Of a DNA stretch of 64,000 bases, positions 1 to 14,208 are shown piece by piece. Position 1 is the stretch's first letter; each line of letters begins with the position of its first letter. Both the position numbers and the translations under genes were made by a program. Source of the stretch: Podarcis melisellensis (taxonomy: Eukaryota); assembly GCA_964234715.1 (NCBI GenBank), contig OZ174279.1. One strand, written 5' to 3'. The notes beneath the pieces are model-generated. The model was not told where the DNA came from and did no database searches. It saw only the letters and a program-made list of their open reading frames with translations.

Positions 1-162
1 TTAAAACTATGTTTGTAAGAGTCCTATCTCCTTTGGATGAAAGAAAGTATGGTGATATAATATATGAGGTGCCAGTTGAGGGAATAACAAAAATAGATAG
101 TAAACAAACATGAGTGAAGATCATACAATAGAATAGAAATAATAATACAGTACATGGCTTCT

Positions 163-528
163 TTGGCGACACAGGTGGCGCTGTGGGTTAAAGCCTCAAG
201 CGCCTAGGACTTGCTGATCGAAAGGTCGGCGGTTCGAATCCCTGCTGCGGGGTGCGCTCCCGCTGCTCGGTCCCAGCGCCTGCCAACCTAGCAGTTCGAA
301 AGCACCTCCGGGTGCAAGTAGATAAATAGGGACCACTTACCAGCGGGAAGGTAAACGGCGTTTCCGTGTGCAGCTCTGGCTCGCCAGAGCAGCGATGTCA
401 CACTGGCCATGTGACCCGGAAGTGTCTCCGGACAGCGCTGGCCCCTGGCCTCTTAAGTGAGATGGGCGCACAACCCCAGAGTCTGTCAAGACTGGCCCGT
501 ACGGGCAGGGGTACCTTTACCTTTACCT
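163..528 (+). mobile_element. Sauria SINE, full length
   Basis: tRNA-related head with A and B boxes (GTGGCGCTGTGGG...GGTTCGAATCC), (ACCTTT)n tail, 12-bp TSD TACATGGCTTCT at 151-162 and 529-540; near-identical to the copy at 24088-24446. Confidence 0.9.
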
Positions 529-1571
529 TACATGGCTTCTGGTGAGAGGAGGGGGGTTTACTCTCCCTTTTATGGATGTCAATGTGCTCATTGAAAAATA
601 AATCAAATAATTATATTTAATTTATTTCCCACCCAAATATTCTAATATTTTTTGGGGAGGGGATAAAATAAATATAATCAGCAGCAGCAGGTTGCCATCT
701 CCTAGAGATATCCTGGATGATCTTTTAGCTTTCTATGTATAGTTGAGTCCTTTTGATTGCTTTTCTGACTCCTTGCCACAGTTAATTGACAAGAGGTTTT
801 CCTTGTACAGTACTGCACACTTGGTAAGGTTGCCAGAAGTTATTTGTTCCAGAGCAGCCCCATAGAAGTCAACAGATGAAAGATACTGCAGCTGGCACAA
901 CAAGCTATTAATCTAAACCATGTGTATTCTGGGGCCATCTTTCTGCTGCTTATCATACTAACTTCTTGATCACGGTATCATGTGGTTTATTATATATATC
1001 AATCTCGATATTGAAACATCTTAATGCAGAGGAATTATTGATATGTGACTTGATGAGCACCCTCACTGTCTGGGAACAGAATACAATAAGCTAGTAGTGG
1101 GGCATGGTGCCCTCTAAGGTGAGGCTGCAGAGCATGTGAAATTTGAACTGAATGTATGATCTGGAGATCTATTGATTTTTTGACTACACAAAATGAAGAA
1201 GGTCAAGGAGAGAAAGATGTGACATTGAGGTGCATATTGCTTCAGAACCTTTATTTGTTCATGTTGATTCAGATTCCTAGAAATGGGCTGTATGGTTCCT
1301 TTGGTGTTGCTAAAGAGGCCTAGGATTTTCTCTCTTTATAGTTTTCAGCCTCCTGCTACTTGTTCACCGTGTTACCTTTACTGTTGCAGATATGAGTAAA
1401 TTGGGGAAAGCTTACATTTGTTTATCAGATTTATTTCCTGCCCCTCATCACATTGGATCCCAGGGTAGGCTGGAACAATATAAAATACAATATGTCAATA
1501 AAATACAGTTGAAAAGCATTTAAACAGGTCCATCTCTCATGTAAACCCCAATATACTCAGGTGGCTTAGAC

Positions 1572-2186
1572 AAGTGGTTCTCAAAGTGGGTGGCAGGCAT
1601 GCCAACTCCTAGGGGTTGGAAGTGTTTTCAGCTCCCTCAAAAACAGCTGGCAGGGGGCTGTGCCCCCTCCTTGCTGAGCAGGTAGAGGAGGCTGAGTGAG
1701 GAGCCGAGCGTGGCTGGTTCCTCCTGAGCATGAGAGAAGAAGCCATGCTGCACTGGGCTCTGCCTTGTTCTGTCAATGCAACGTGTGCATGATGTCACAC
1801 ACTTGCAATGTGAACTGGGCCCCCTCAATCTTAAATGCAAGGGGGTACCTCTGGTAGATGGTACCCACCCAGGAGGCAGTGGGATTCCCTGGGGGGAGCA
1901 CAAGAGGCAGGGGCACTGCAGGTGTAAATGACTATCAGCCTTTGAAAAGCTGGTATCTTTGGATCAGGGTCATCAATTTTGCCGACTTAATTAAACTATA
2001 TATTTTGAATTGGATTTTGAATAAATGTGCAGTTGTTATTGTTTTGAATTTTATTGTGCGAGTATCTTCTTTAGTGGGTCGTGCAAACTGCTATTCTGAG
2101 TAATGCTTTTTATGGGATAAGATAAGGGACACTGGAGAGGAGTTTTTAGAACCAAGGGGGAATCGCGAAAACATTTGGGAACCACT
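1572..2186. mobile_element. Older non-autonomous hAT element
   Basis: Termini AGTGGTTCTCAAA / TTTGGGAACCACT; 8-bp TSD GCTTAGAC at 1564-1571 and 2187-2194. Confidence 0.7.
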
Positions 2187-3250
2187 GCTTAGACTAGAGG
2201 AAGAGTTCTGTCTTCAACTGGTACCACAAAACAGGCAAAGTAAACACCAGCCAAGCCTCAAGAGAAGAGTGTTCCAAAACCAGGACACCATTGCTAAGAA
2301 GGCCCTCTGGCAGTGTAGCATAGAATAATTGTTGGAGTGTCTCTTTTGCTCCCAATAAAAGTGAAATGTAAGACAGGTTTCTAATCTGTAAATTGGGAGT
2401 GAAATAGCACTTCTGGGAATGAGGGAGTCTTCCTCGCAGCCCAAATCCCTGAAGGGTTATGAGGAGCGAAGTGTGTAAATTTTGAAAATTGCATAATATT
2501 CTTCTCATCTAACTCAAGGAAAGTTGTAGCCTTCAGCTTTTTCCCTCTGAGTTGTTCTTGCTCTGTTACCTCATCTCCTGTTGCTCCTCCTATCTTTATT
2601 CTTCTTTCTCTAAAAAAAACGAAGCGCAGATGGTGGCCTTGGTGTGACCCACCGGTTGAAAACCACTTTAGAACGCACAATGAAAGACCAGAATCTAGAT
2701 GCATCCTGTAAGTGGCTGGATTCCAGCAGAGTATCTATCTTGGCAGACAGTGAACAGAAAATTCAGCTTGACATGGAGCAATGTGTGTCATGTTGTTCAC
2801 AAATTGGCTACTGGTTCTTTTGCTGTGTGAATAATGGTGATGAGGCCACCCCCACTATTGGGTTGTCTTGTGTCTACATATGCTGGAAAAGGAAGAAATG
2901 AAATGTTGAGGTTTTAAGATTGGTGATGGGCAGATCAGTTCATAAGCGTGCATTTATCAATCCATTCTTTTCTAGGTTGGTGTGGTGCTTTTTAAAAACC
3001 TTTATGAAAATGCACATTTAAATATGGACTTTTGAACTTATTTTCTCCCAAAATATATTTAGAAATGTTCATTTTATCTGAAACCACACATTTTAAAAAA
3101 TCATTTTAATACCTCTTTGAATAAGGAAACTGCATTGCAAAAATTTGGTAGGTATAACCTCCAAACCTTAGCTACATGTTGATCCTCACATGCAGGGACA
3201 AAAGCCTCAAAAGATTAGTCACAGTCTTGTGTATTTTTGTTTTTGAACAG

Positions 3251-6200
3251 CTACGCTCACGTACGATACTCTCAGGTTTGAGTATGAAGACTTCCCAGAA
3301 ACCAAAGAGCCTGTTTGGATCCTGGGGAGAAAATATAGTGTATTAACAGGTATTTGAAGGGCTATAAATACTCCAGTCAGCTGTGTTGCTAACTCTACTT
3401 TTTGAAGGCTTGGGGTGTATGTTTGTGGCTTTGATTTAACAGCTTGCCTTTCTCTTTTCACTTCTTAACTACCTCCATTGAATATTCATAGAGAGAGCAG
3501 TCATTATTCAAATACAGATGTGCAGTCCACCCTCCTTCCCCATTTTCCTGAATGAGCTTAGGCTCTGGAATCTAAAGGCTAAAATAAAGAGAGAGAGCGC
3601 TCCCAATAAAAGATGAAATGTTAATGTGTATTCTCCCACACGCATACTGTATTAGTTGTCTTGTACCTTTTGTAGTCTGTAGTCCAGAGAGCTGATGAAC
3701 CTAAAAGGTTCCTAAACCTCCCTAAAAGGAACCACTTTTTTTAAAAAAAAATCTTCTCTTGGTTTGGTTAATTAATTCAGTGACAGTGCCACTGAATCAG
3801 CACAGTGTCAACACACTTCCAGAAAAAATGACATTTGGTGTTTTCACTTCCTTAGAGAAAGAGGAGATCCTGTTAGACGTGACCTCTCGTCTTTGGTTCA
3901 CATACAGAAAAAGCTTTCCTGCCATTGGTAAGTAGGAGAGTTCATTCACTACGTTACACCTCAAATGAAGTTGGTTTATTTCTTAGTACCCAATTGCCCC
4001 TTAGCCCAGTGATGACAGCAGCGATCATGTGTTGAGTTGTGCTCCCAAAATCTGAAAGCTCTGTTCTGCTCATTGGAGGGTGGCATAGAAGCATGTTGCT
4101 CTGCTAGCTTCTGGAAAGCAACTTTACTTCTTCCTCTGTTCTGATGCGACATTTGATTCTATTTCTGGTATTCATAGAAAAAGGAAATGTGCTCCCACCT
4201 TGAAAACAGGAAACACACAAAAAATGCAGAAGTTGAAAATTACAAAGGAAACTTGTTTTGGAGGGCGGGTGTGTGGTGCTTAGAAGTCTATTTCCAGAAT
4301 AATTTATTTGTTTCATATCTGTATACCCATACCCTGGGATCACTTGTTGGGCGAAAGGTGGATTAGAGATGAAAAGAAACATGAAATAGATCAATACTTG
4401 ACTTGCAAAAGAGGAAAATAGCTTATATTAGTTAAAACAATTTGGCAATATGTTACTTTCAATAACATTGCTGTTGGATTTTTAAAAAATGATCTGGAAG
4501 CCAAAGTTGATAAAGAATGCTGAGGATGGAGAGAATTTTCAAGAAGGTGACAACCCACATCCATTTTAAGGTGTTAAAAATAATAATTCAAAGTATAGGT
4601 GGAAATTAATGTTTTCTTATACGGTTAGGGTTACATGGAAAGCATTATACTGAGTCAGACCTTTGGTCTATCTAGCTCACTAATGTCTACACTGATTGGC
4701 AGTGTAGTGTGTTCTAGACAGAGGACATTCCCAGCTCTACCAGGAGATACCATGGATTGATTCTGGGACCCTCTGCATATAAAGATATTCTACCACTGAA
4801 TTAGGGCAGTGTGCAAAACTCGCATTGTTCTAGGCGCATTTTGCAACTGGGAATTTCATTAGTGTGAGCAGTTTCTAAGCTCTGGGTGCAGTACTGCCCC
4901 TAAGATTTCAGATTAAAACTGAAGAGTGGAAGGAACGGAGGACCTTTTTCTGCCTCCCTTACTTCCAGCTATTCTCTGAAGACGGGAGAAGAGACTCTCT
5001 TAAGAATATTAGGGGGGTGGGCAGGGGAAGGACTAGACCAGGGGTAGGCAACCTAACGCCCGTGGGCTGGATGCGGCCCAATTGCCTTCTCAATCCGGCC
5101 TGCGGACGGAAATCAGCGTGTTTTTACACGAGTAGAATGTGTCCTTTTATTTAAAATGCATCTCTGGGTTATTTGTGGGGCATAGGAATTCCTTCATTAT
5201 TTTTTTTCAAAATATAGTCAGGCCCAGCACATGGTCTGAGGGACGGTGGACCGGCTCACAGCTGAAAAAGGTTGCTGACCTCTGAACTAGACCATGCAAA
5301 AAAATGAGCATAATACTTTAGCTGCCGTTCATTCATTTTCAGCTTTGTTTTCTTGTTATAAAAAAGAGTGCCTAGACATTCCGTTGTTCTGCCTATAAGC
5401 TACGTTTAAGGTGCTCATAGCTTTCATATCTCAGTTTCTAACACTGAATTAGGGTCGTTCCCCTTCTCCCAGGTTATAAGTTGTTCTTATAATGGCTACA
5501 AAATATCTGTAGCTCTTTTTCCAATACTATGTGTAATCCAGATTCAATGCAATAAAAAAAAATGTGTGTATGTGTGTTACATAAATATATTTTACTTCAT
5601 CTAATTTTTGCATTTATTTTTCTGAGCTGAAGAGAAGACCAATATGATACAGTGCAGTCCTATGAATGCCAATGCAGAAATAGGTCAGACTGTGTTCAGT
5701 GAGTCTTAACCCCAACAAATGTAAATAGGATTACAGCCATAGCTGGGTTTCTGGGCTTTCCAACCTATGTCTGCTCAGGTATACAGCGAAAATCACATTG
5801 CCCCACACCACATATGCCCCATGTGCCACTATGGTTGGTTTCTATTCTTTCTTTTTGGTTCCAGGGGGAACAGGTCCTACATCTGACACTGGCTGGGGCT
5901 GCATGTTAAGGTGTGGTCAGATGATCTTTGCTCAGGCCTTGGTTTGCAGACACTTAGGCAGAGGTAAGTCAAATCCCCCCCCCCAAAACAAATGAATATG
6001 GTACTGTGACAATGTCATATGTTTGTGTGTTCAGATACCAAAAGGGCCTTTTAAAAACTGCATTTAAACTGTGAAGAACTAGACAATAAAGCTGTCCCTA
6101 AATATAATATTCCAGTTCATCCTTAGTAGCACCACCTCCTTCATAATAAATAATACATTGGGTAAAAGTGCAATTCACAAGGGACATGCTAACCTGTAAT

Positions 6201-9200
6201 TATTTGGTGGTGGGTCAACTTGCTTGCTCCTTGCAGTGTGAAGTGTTTTTTGAGCATGGATTTGTCACAGTAGGAGTAAATCGTTACTGTTAGTGCTACA
6301 TGACAGGAATGCAAGTAAACACTCAACTGGAGGGTGTGAAAACAAGACTGAGGTGTCTCTCGCTACTCAGAGACCAGACTGGAAAGTAAAATGTTGATTT
6401 TGCTTTCCATTTCTTTGCCAAACGGTTTTGCTTAATAGTTCGGGATTATAGTCTTCAATATTCTTTGTCATTTTTTGTGATGTTGTGAAAACAAATAATG
6501 TGTGGCGTTGAGAAAATTGATTAGATCTTCTATATCTCAGATTGGAGGTGGGTGAAAGGGAAGAAGCAAATGGAAAACTATTACAATGTTCTAAATGCCT
6601 TCATTGACAAAAAAGACAGCTACTACTCAATCCACCAAATAGGTAAGATGGATACCTATGCTGTGTTTCTATCCCTTCCTTGCAGTAAGGAGTTCCTGAT
6701 TTTTAGTTTTTTGAGGGAAACTACTTATAAATTGCACTGTTAACTATATACTAAGAATGTGGACTGTGTTTAGACAGTAAACTCATGCCAACTAATGAGG
6801 ACAATGGTATATTCAAAGCATCTGTTGCTGTTGCTGTAAATGAACAAAACAACATATGTTGTTTGTGCTGTTCAGAAAGAGAGGTCGTTATGCGAGTTTT
6901 GGAGGAGGAGGAGGAAACATGGTGATGGAGGTGATTCAGATTTCACATTTTATGGAACTAGGTGATCTAGATGTGGGCCATTTCAGAATTATGCTTATTT
7001 CTATAATAGTGCAATCCTATACATACCTACTCAGAAGTAAACACCATTGGGCTCAGTGGGACTTTCTACCAGGTGCATAGAACTGTTCCTGAAGTCTTAC
7101 TTGTCAGTGAGTTACCTGTATTTTTCTTTTGTAGCTCATGTGGACAACACTAGAGCCCATGCAATTAGACTTTTTTAAATTTCCTGTTGTAAATCTTGTC
7201 CCAGAGAAGAAGGCTCTAATCAAGAGATTTTACTCTGCAGAGTAGGCTACTGTACAGTGAGATAGACCTTCAACTTCCTTTCATCTGTAACAATACAAAA
7301 AAATCTCCTGGCACATCTGCTTCACAGAATGTGGGGTGAAATGCGCACAAAGTGAAGCCCAGTGAGACTTTCCTGAATGGCCTTCTATTCAAAATCTTCA
7401 TGCTTCTTCTGCGCTGAGCAATCAAATTACTAGGGAGCCATTAGAAATCTTTTTTAAAAATTTTTTTTAAAAAGTCCACTGTGGTTTGACCTTTGATATT
7501 ACCCTGATATTGTCCTGCTCACAAACAAACAAATGAAGACAATGGTATATTTTGAAAAAAACCTGTGTGTTTTATATCTGGTTCCAGAGAATTGAACTCT
7601 TGCTGAATGTTTTCACTAAACAAAGTCCCTTGTGAGTCTGTCTCTGACAGCTGTATATATCACCTAAATGGTCTCGTGAATCCACTTTTGGATGGATGGA
7701 CTTCCTCCATATTTAGTGACCATCTGATACTAGGCACTCTCAACTTCATTAGGAATCACAATTAAATTAAAATCCTGGTTTTAGCATAACGAGCAGTCTG
7801 ATACTATGCATGCTTACTGAGAAGTAAATCCCACTGAGTTAAGTCTGCTGATGCTGTGGTCCTATACTAATTCATCCATGTAAATAAGACTCCTGAAAAT
7901 AATTAGGATAAGAAAAACAGACAGTGTGACTGTCAACGCCTATTCATATGCTTGACTAAGGTCAAGCAGTTAAAAAGAGTCAGTGGATTCTGTGTGTGCA
8001 ACACATTCTAAGATTTTTGAGGACTGCTTGAGAGTAACTAATGAAAAGTCAGGAGTTGCCCCAATGGACATCACAATGATTGGCAGCACCCAATCATATG
8101 TAGCAAACACAGAAGTTTTAAAGCTTCCAAGGCTAAGGTGCAGAAATGTGTTCTTAGGGATAAATGGGGAAGGCAGGAAACATGTTATAGCCCTGGTCTC
8201 CAAATATGCCAAGCAGCTGCAATATGATTTAAGGAGAACTGTGGGTTCTTGGAATCTCTTAAAATCTGGTGAACAGAATGGTTTTTCCAACAATAAAAAC
8301 TGTGTCAGATTAGTATGGCTTTCCCAATGGAAGCACATTTTTGGTACTTTCCTTGATGCTTCTGAAAACATCTTATGCATTACAGAGTACGAGCATTTCT
8401 CCCCCACTTTTTAATACCTAAATCATTTCAATAGAGAAAGCGTTCAATAGAACGCTTTTCCTTCCAATATGCCTTCTTTGAGGAGTATGCAGATTGTTGC
8501 CTGATACATTTTGCAATTATTTCACCGTCCTTTGGCTCCAGAGAGGTAGCAAAATCTAAGTACAGTGGAACCCCGGGTTACATACGCTTCAGGTTATATA
8601 AGCTTCAAGTTACAGACTCCCCTAACCCAGAAATAGTGCTTCAGGTTAAGAACTTTGCTTTAGGTTAAGAACAGAAATTGTGCTCCGGCGGCGCGGCAGC
8701 AGCAGGAGGCCCCATTAGCTAAAGTGGTGCTTCAGGTTAAGAACAGTTTCAGGTTAAGTACGGACCTCCGGAATGAATTAAGTACTTAACCTAAGGCACC
8801 ACTATATCTGCTAACTAATTTAAGTACCCATAGTATTTCAGAAAGAGCCTTGACTGGAATTATGGACCAATTATGGTTTGTTTGCTGTTGCAGCCCAGAT
8901 GGGAGTTGGAGAGGGGAAATCCATAGGCCAGTGGTATGGACCAAACACAGTTGCACAAGTACTCAAGTAAGTGCTCAGTGAATCCAACTGTCTTGGGTAT
9001 TATTATTTTTTAGTACACAAAACTCTTAGTAACTGTTACTGTGCTAAAAATTAGAATTATTTGTCTTGGCTCGAATGATTAGAAAACATTTATCCAAATC
9101 AACACACATATATGCAGTTCTGACTTACACCATATCACAATATGCATTTTGTATTGGGTTAGTGGAAGGGGTGATTGAGGTTAGGGTTCCATATAAGTAA

Positions 9201-12200
9201 AGAGTCTATGGGGAAGGCGGATAGCACTATGTAGATATTCTGCCTCACTGGTTATTAGAAGGCCAGCCTAGATCATGTCTCATCTCTGACCTTTTACTAT
9301 GATGTTTGTATTTTATACACACGGGAAACATCTCCTGTGAAATAAGAGCTGCAAAAATTTGCTCGCTAAAATAATATGAAAAATAAGATTTGGGATACCA
9401 TATTTGCTACATGACTACCACCGGGTAGCAATCTGGATTTCCAAAGTGTTCTAAACCCTTGATGTAGTGGCAGATTCTCCTTTCTCTAATGCATTTGCCT
9501 CTTAACTTTCTTCTCGTTCTCTTCCTTCTAGAAAACTTGCCACTTTTGATACATGGAGCTCCTTGGCAGTGCACATAGCCATGGACAATACTGTTGTGAT
9601 GGAGGAAATTAGTAAGTGTTTCCTTTGTGGGGCTGTGTTGTCTTTTTGATGAAATAAATCTATATGGAATGGAACGGAACTGTGGAGTGTCTATGTTTAC
9701 AGCAATGCTTCCTGACTCTCATGGGGATGTGCTTTAGAAACCCAACCAGAAAAGCCAAATGGGTGCAATTAACTTACACCATTTCAGATTGTAAAGTGAA
9801 ACTGATTCTTAACTATGAACAAGGGCACTTCCTTTAAAGAGGGGAAAGAATTTTACAAATATCAGACCACTGACTAATTTAGGTTGGGCATGTTAGAGGT
9901 AGGTGCCTGAAATAGGACAAGAGCAGAAATCTTCTCGAGTGCTTTCATATTGTGCTTGGAGGAAAGTGGAAATGTCCTATTGTTGGTGCCCCGACTCTTA
10001 GATTCTATGAACACAAAGGATGGTTTTTTGGCAGCTATTTGAGACTTTTGCTGAAAGTGTTTGTGCTTATGACTTATCTCTTCATAGGAAGGCTGTGCAA
10101 GCTCAGCTGTCCATGTCCTGGGGCTTCAGCATTTCCTGCTGCAGAATCGGACTTGCTTTCCAATGGTTATCCAGATGGAGCAGAATGTATGGACAGGCTA
10201 TTGTCCTGGAAACCTTTGGTGCTCCTGATACCTCTTCGCCTTGGTCTCACAGACATCAATGAAGCCTACATTGAAACACTGAAGGTAGAGGGGGAAATTA
10301 CTTACCTGGGAGCAGAACTTGTTTATAAGTAGACATGCCTAAATTGTGCTGTCAGTTACCTTGCTCCTTGCAAATCTTGTGCACTGCGGTGGTCCTCCCT
10401 TGCAGCAGAACATTTGTTCTAAAAATGACTGTTCTGCTGCCTTTTCCTGAATAATCTGAAGGCCAGCATGTGTCTCCATGTTTCTAAACACAGATTGTTC
10501 TTTACTTGGGTAGATTTTCCAGTTTATGCCAGCTAATATGTGACTCATTGCCTGCCTGTTTTCCAGCACTGTTTTATGATGCCTCAGTCCTTAGGAGTCA
10601 TTGGAGGAAAACCTAATAGTGCTCATTATTTCATTGGATATGTAGGTGAGTAACTGTCATCAGTGGGTACATCAGTGGGTTACCTAGCTAAATTTTGGGA
10701 GTACAGCTATAAGCCTACCAAGGGAGCAACTTTATCAGATGCACATTGCCATGTCACACGACACACCTTGCCATTAAAGAAGAATGCTTTGCTAAATAAC
10801 AAATCTTTGTGTATCATTTTGGTTTAGATAAAGTATTAATTGTTGAGAAATAGAGTCAGTGCTTCCCCCCACCCCTACAAAAAAGAAGTGCTGATACTCA
10901 CCATGAAGTTGATACAGTAAGTGCCACAATGTTTAATAACAAGAAAGAGGTGCCAGTACTGTGTGCCCATTGGGTACCCCCTGAAAAAAAGCACTGAATT
11001 GAGTGGTCCCTCATGCATTACCATCTTACGCCATTTTTCACCGTTTCCTTTTGCAAGTATTTAAGACCTCTGTGACTTTCCCATTCCTGATCTTCCCGAA
11101 ATGTAGCAACAGCGTACATTTGATCCGTTCTCTTCCCATGGGAAGTCTAATATTGTATTTCCTTTTTATGGCGTCTATTTTTGTCTAGGTGAAGAATTAA
11201 TCTATCTTGACCCACACACTACTCAGCCTGCAGTGGAGCCCATGGAGAGCGGCCACATCCCTGATGAGAGTTTCCACTGTCAGCATCCACCCTGCAGAAT
11301 GAGCATTGCGGAGCTTGATCCTTCAATTGCGGTGGTGAGTGTGTGCACCTGCAGTGAACTTTCACGTTGTGAGACAGCTACCTGTCTTTCAGCTCTCCAT
11401 TAGTTTCTAGCTGATTCCTCTCCCTACAAGGACAGCGGTGTTGCCTTGCCTCCCTCCCATCTTCTCGCTATACTAACCTTTTAACTGTCAAAATGTGTCT
11501 GCTTCTCAAAACATTTCCAAGATATATTCATTTACACAGAACACGAGACACGATTCTTGCTGATCTTGAAAGCATTTTCTGTTAATGTTGAGCCAATGCA
11601 AACTTTGCCTTTCCTTGTAGGGCTTCTTCTGCAACAATGAGGAAGACTTCAATGACTGGTGCCAGCAAGTAAAGAAGGTTTGTCTACAGCAAGTCCTTTG
11701 GTAAAAAAGGATAATATGTGCCCAAGTAACTTAAAAAAAATTATAGAAGTGAATTTAGCTTTGATGGACACTGACTAATACATTGGAACAGAATCAGCAT
11801 TAATGCAAAGATGTGTTGACCATGTGATCTTAGCTTGACTTCTTTGAGACCAGGGCTTTCCTTAATAGCCATGTGACCAGCATCTGGGATAGGTCAGGAA
11901 TGAGGAACCTGTGGTCTTTTAGATGTTGCTGGATGCAACTCCCCTTAACCCTGTTCCCTATTAGCCATGCTGACCTGGGCTGATGGCAGTTGGAAGTCCA
12001 GCAACATTGAGGAAGCCACAAGTTCCCCATCCCTGGGGCAGAGGAACGTTCAGGTTGTACTTAACTGGGGAAATGTTTCAGCTGCTTCTCTTTTTAAACC
12101 TTTTTGCCTGATGCTCCTCCTGTGAAGTTCCCCCTGAAATATATATTTGTTAATATATTTATTGATCATTTGCGTCTTCCAGGATTTTTTTTTAAAGTCA

Positions 12201-14208
12201 TGGTGTTTTGCAAAAGAGCATCTAAGGCTACAATGCTATGCAAGCTTCTAATAATAATCAGCCCAAAATGGGGAATAAGCCCTAATGAATACATCCAAAC
12301 TTACTTTGAAGTAAACATGCTTTGCATTTCACAGTAAAATGATGTTAAATAAGCAATAGCTTTTAAAATACAAATCCATAAAGTGTGAAGCTGTCTTGCT
12401 TAGCATTAACAAGTTATGGTAAACCCTAGGAATACCTTGACTGAGGACTTACCAGCTAGTTGTACACTTTTTCCATTATTTTCCAACAGTTGTCACTGAT
12501 CAGAGGAGCCCTACCAATGTTTGAACTGGTTGAACACCAGCCTTCGCACTTCTCTAGTCCTGATGTTTTGAATCTTACTCCAGGTAATGCTTGCCTATTT
12601 GACTGGTTTTGGGTTACTCCAATTGCATAATTGTTGTGGTAGCTTTCAATTCTTCTTAGCCTAAAGTATATGTCCTAGATGAAGCATTTGGCATTGGAAA
12701 GCCCACTGAAATTCATTTCAGTTGCAGTTTTGGAATGTTTAATCCCATATAGAATCACTATTGAAATGAACATAGTGACCATTTAGGCACATTTTCTTTC
12801 ATTAGAAGGGATGAGGAGACCAACCTATTTCTTGTCAGAAATATTATGCATACACTTGTGATACTGGTCTCCCTTCTAGCAAAATGTTAACTAATGCTTT
12901 ACTTATTTCACCATTCCTGCTTGTGGGAAAACGTTTACTTTTAAATACTATTTTCTCTATAACTGTAACAAATCCCCCTTCTGTTGTTGTTAAATTTATA
13001 TCCCACTGTTTCTCAAGGTGACTTATGTGGGTCTCCCCCTGCTGTTATTCTCACAACAATCCTGTGAAGTAGGTTAGAGTTGATTGACTTGAGGTCTTTT
13101 TGTGAGCTGCTAGACTGAATGGAAATGTAAACCCTGGTTTGCTAGGTCCTAGGTAACCACTAAACCATATTGGCAGTCTCTCCGAAACACCTCTCTACAA
13201 ACTTTAACGGAGAATGTTTGGTAACATTGTCATTACATAATTTTACAGCCGCAATTAATATTTGACAACCAGCATACAATATTTAGTAAATTATAATAAT
13301 AAGTAACCTCGAGTAGGTAAAAAAAACCAAATATTGTTTAATTTTGATGTCAGCTTTGGAATCTGAATTTTGAGGTGAAACTCCAAATTGTGAAACTTTA
13401 AATTTTGTCAAAGGTTTGCGAAAATCCTTATCAGATCTGATTTGAAATTTGTTTCTAATATTTATCATAAAATTATAGCATGCTTTGTTTGAGTTTATGC
13501 TTTTTAGTCTGGTTTTTTCTGTGGTTTCTGTTGGGACTGTTTAACATTTTTTGCCAGTACAATGATCTGTGTGTTTCTGTTGCCCACTCATGTCAAACTG
13601 GACCTGTTAAATTAGGTGGACATGGTGAATGTCATTGCCAGCTACTTGAACTTGTTCTCTTTGGATCATAGACACCATGGCAATGTTGTTGTTTTTTGCA
13701 TCTAACCCTATATGGGGTATATGGTGAAGAGACTCACATGTCATTAATAATGTGTCCAGGAGCTAATTCACACTTTCAAAGCAAAGTATTGTGCTTTGTG
13801 TAGTATGTATCATGTGTAATATGCAAGGCAACAAACATAACTGTTTCAGGATAAAAAGTGTAGCATCATAGCACTTTAGTATGCTCTCAGTCTTCAGAGT
13901 TAGGGAAATTACAATATTCATTGACCTCTCCCAGGTATAACAGGAACAGTGCCTGTTTGCATGTTATCTGATCAGTTTTTTTCTTTTACCTGCACAAGCA
14001 ACTTTCTGTAATGTGCTGGTTCCCAAAACAGTCCAGTAGCGTTCCTGGTCTTCTTGATAGATCTAAATATATGTGCTGGTGCAAATAACTCCAGGACTAT
14101 ATTAATTATGATTATACCTCTCTTTGCCTTTCAGATTCTTCCGATGCAGACAGACTGGAAAGATTCTTTGATTCAGAAGATGAAGACTTTGAAATCTTAT
14201 CCCTTTAA
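3251..14208 (+). CDS. ATG4B: Cysteine protease ATG4B, coding exons 2-13 (exon 1 lies upstream of the window)
   Basis: GT-AG exons at 3251-3349, 3856-3927, 5865-5963, 6541-6642, 8894-8966, 9532-9611, 10088-10284, 10567-10645, 11189-11334, 11621-11677, 12490-12583, 14135-14208 (TAA). They total 1172 nt, in frame if a 10-nt first exon is added. Catalytic [11 protein letters not shown] and YLDPH motifs; C-terminal LIR-containing tail [12 protein letters not shown]. Candidate poly(A) signal AATAAA at 15946-15951. Confidence 0.97.
5039..5284. mobile_element. hAT/Charlie-like MITE
   Basis: CAGGGGTAGGCAACCT / AGGTTGCTGACCTCTG termini; TSD GACTAGAC (5031-5038) and AACTAGAC (5285-5292). Confidence 0.78.
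8563..8804. mobile_element. Tc1/mariner-pogo (Tigger-like) MITE, ~240 bp
   Basis: TA-flanked CAGTGG...CCACT termini with internal CAGGTTAAGAAC repeats; the same family recurs at 32935-33162, 50590-50831, 60634-60875 and 63124-63365. Confidence 0.8.

Noticed and set aside
165-245. tRNA-like A/B boxes (also at 21150, 24090 and 57600-57676)
   Set aside because: These are SINE heads followed by SINE bodies and tails; no complete cloverleaf tRNA gene is supported.
7970-8414. Overlapping 143/145-aa ORFs in an ATG4B intron
   Set aside because: No recognisable domain, no compatible splice context; likely chance ORFs.
8563-8804. Short recurring CAGGTTA(AGAAC) units resembling a CRISPR-like array
   Set aside because: Internal repeats of a vertebrate TA-flanked MITE present five or more times in the window; no unique spacers or cas genes.
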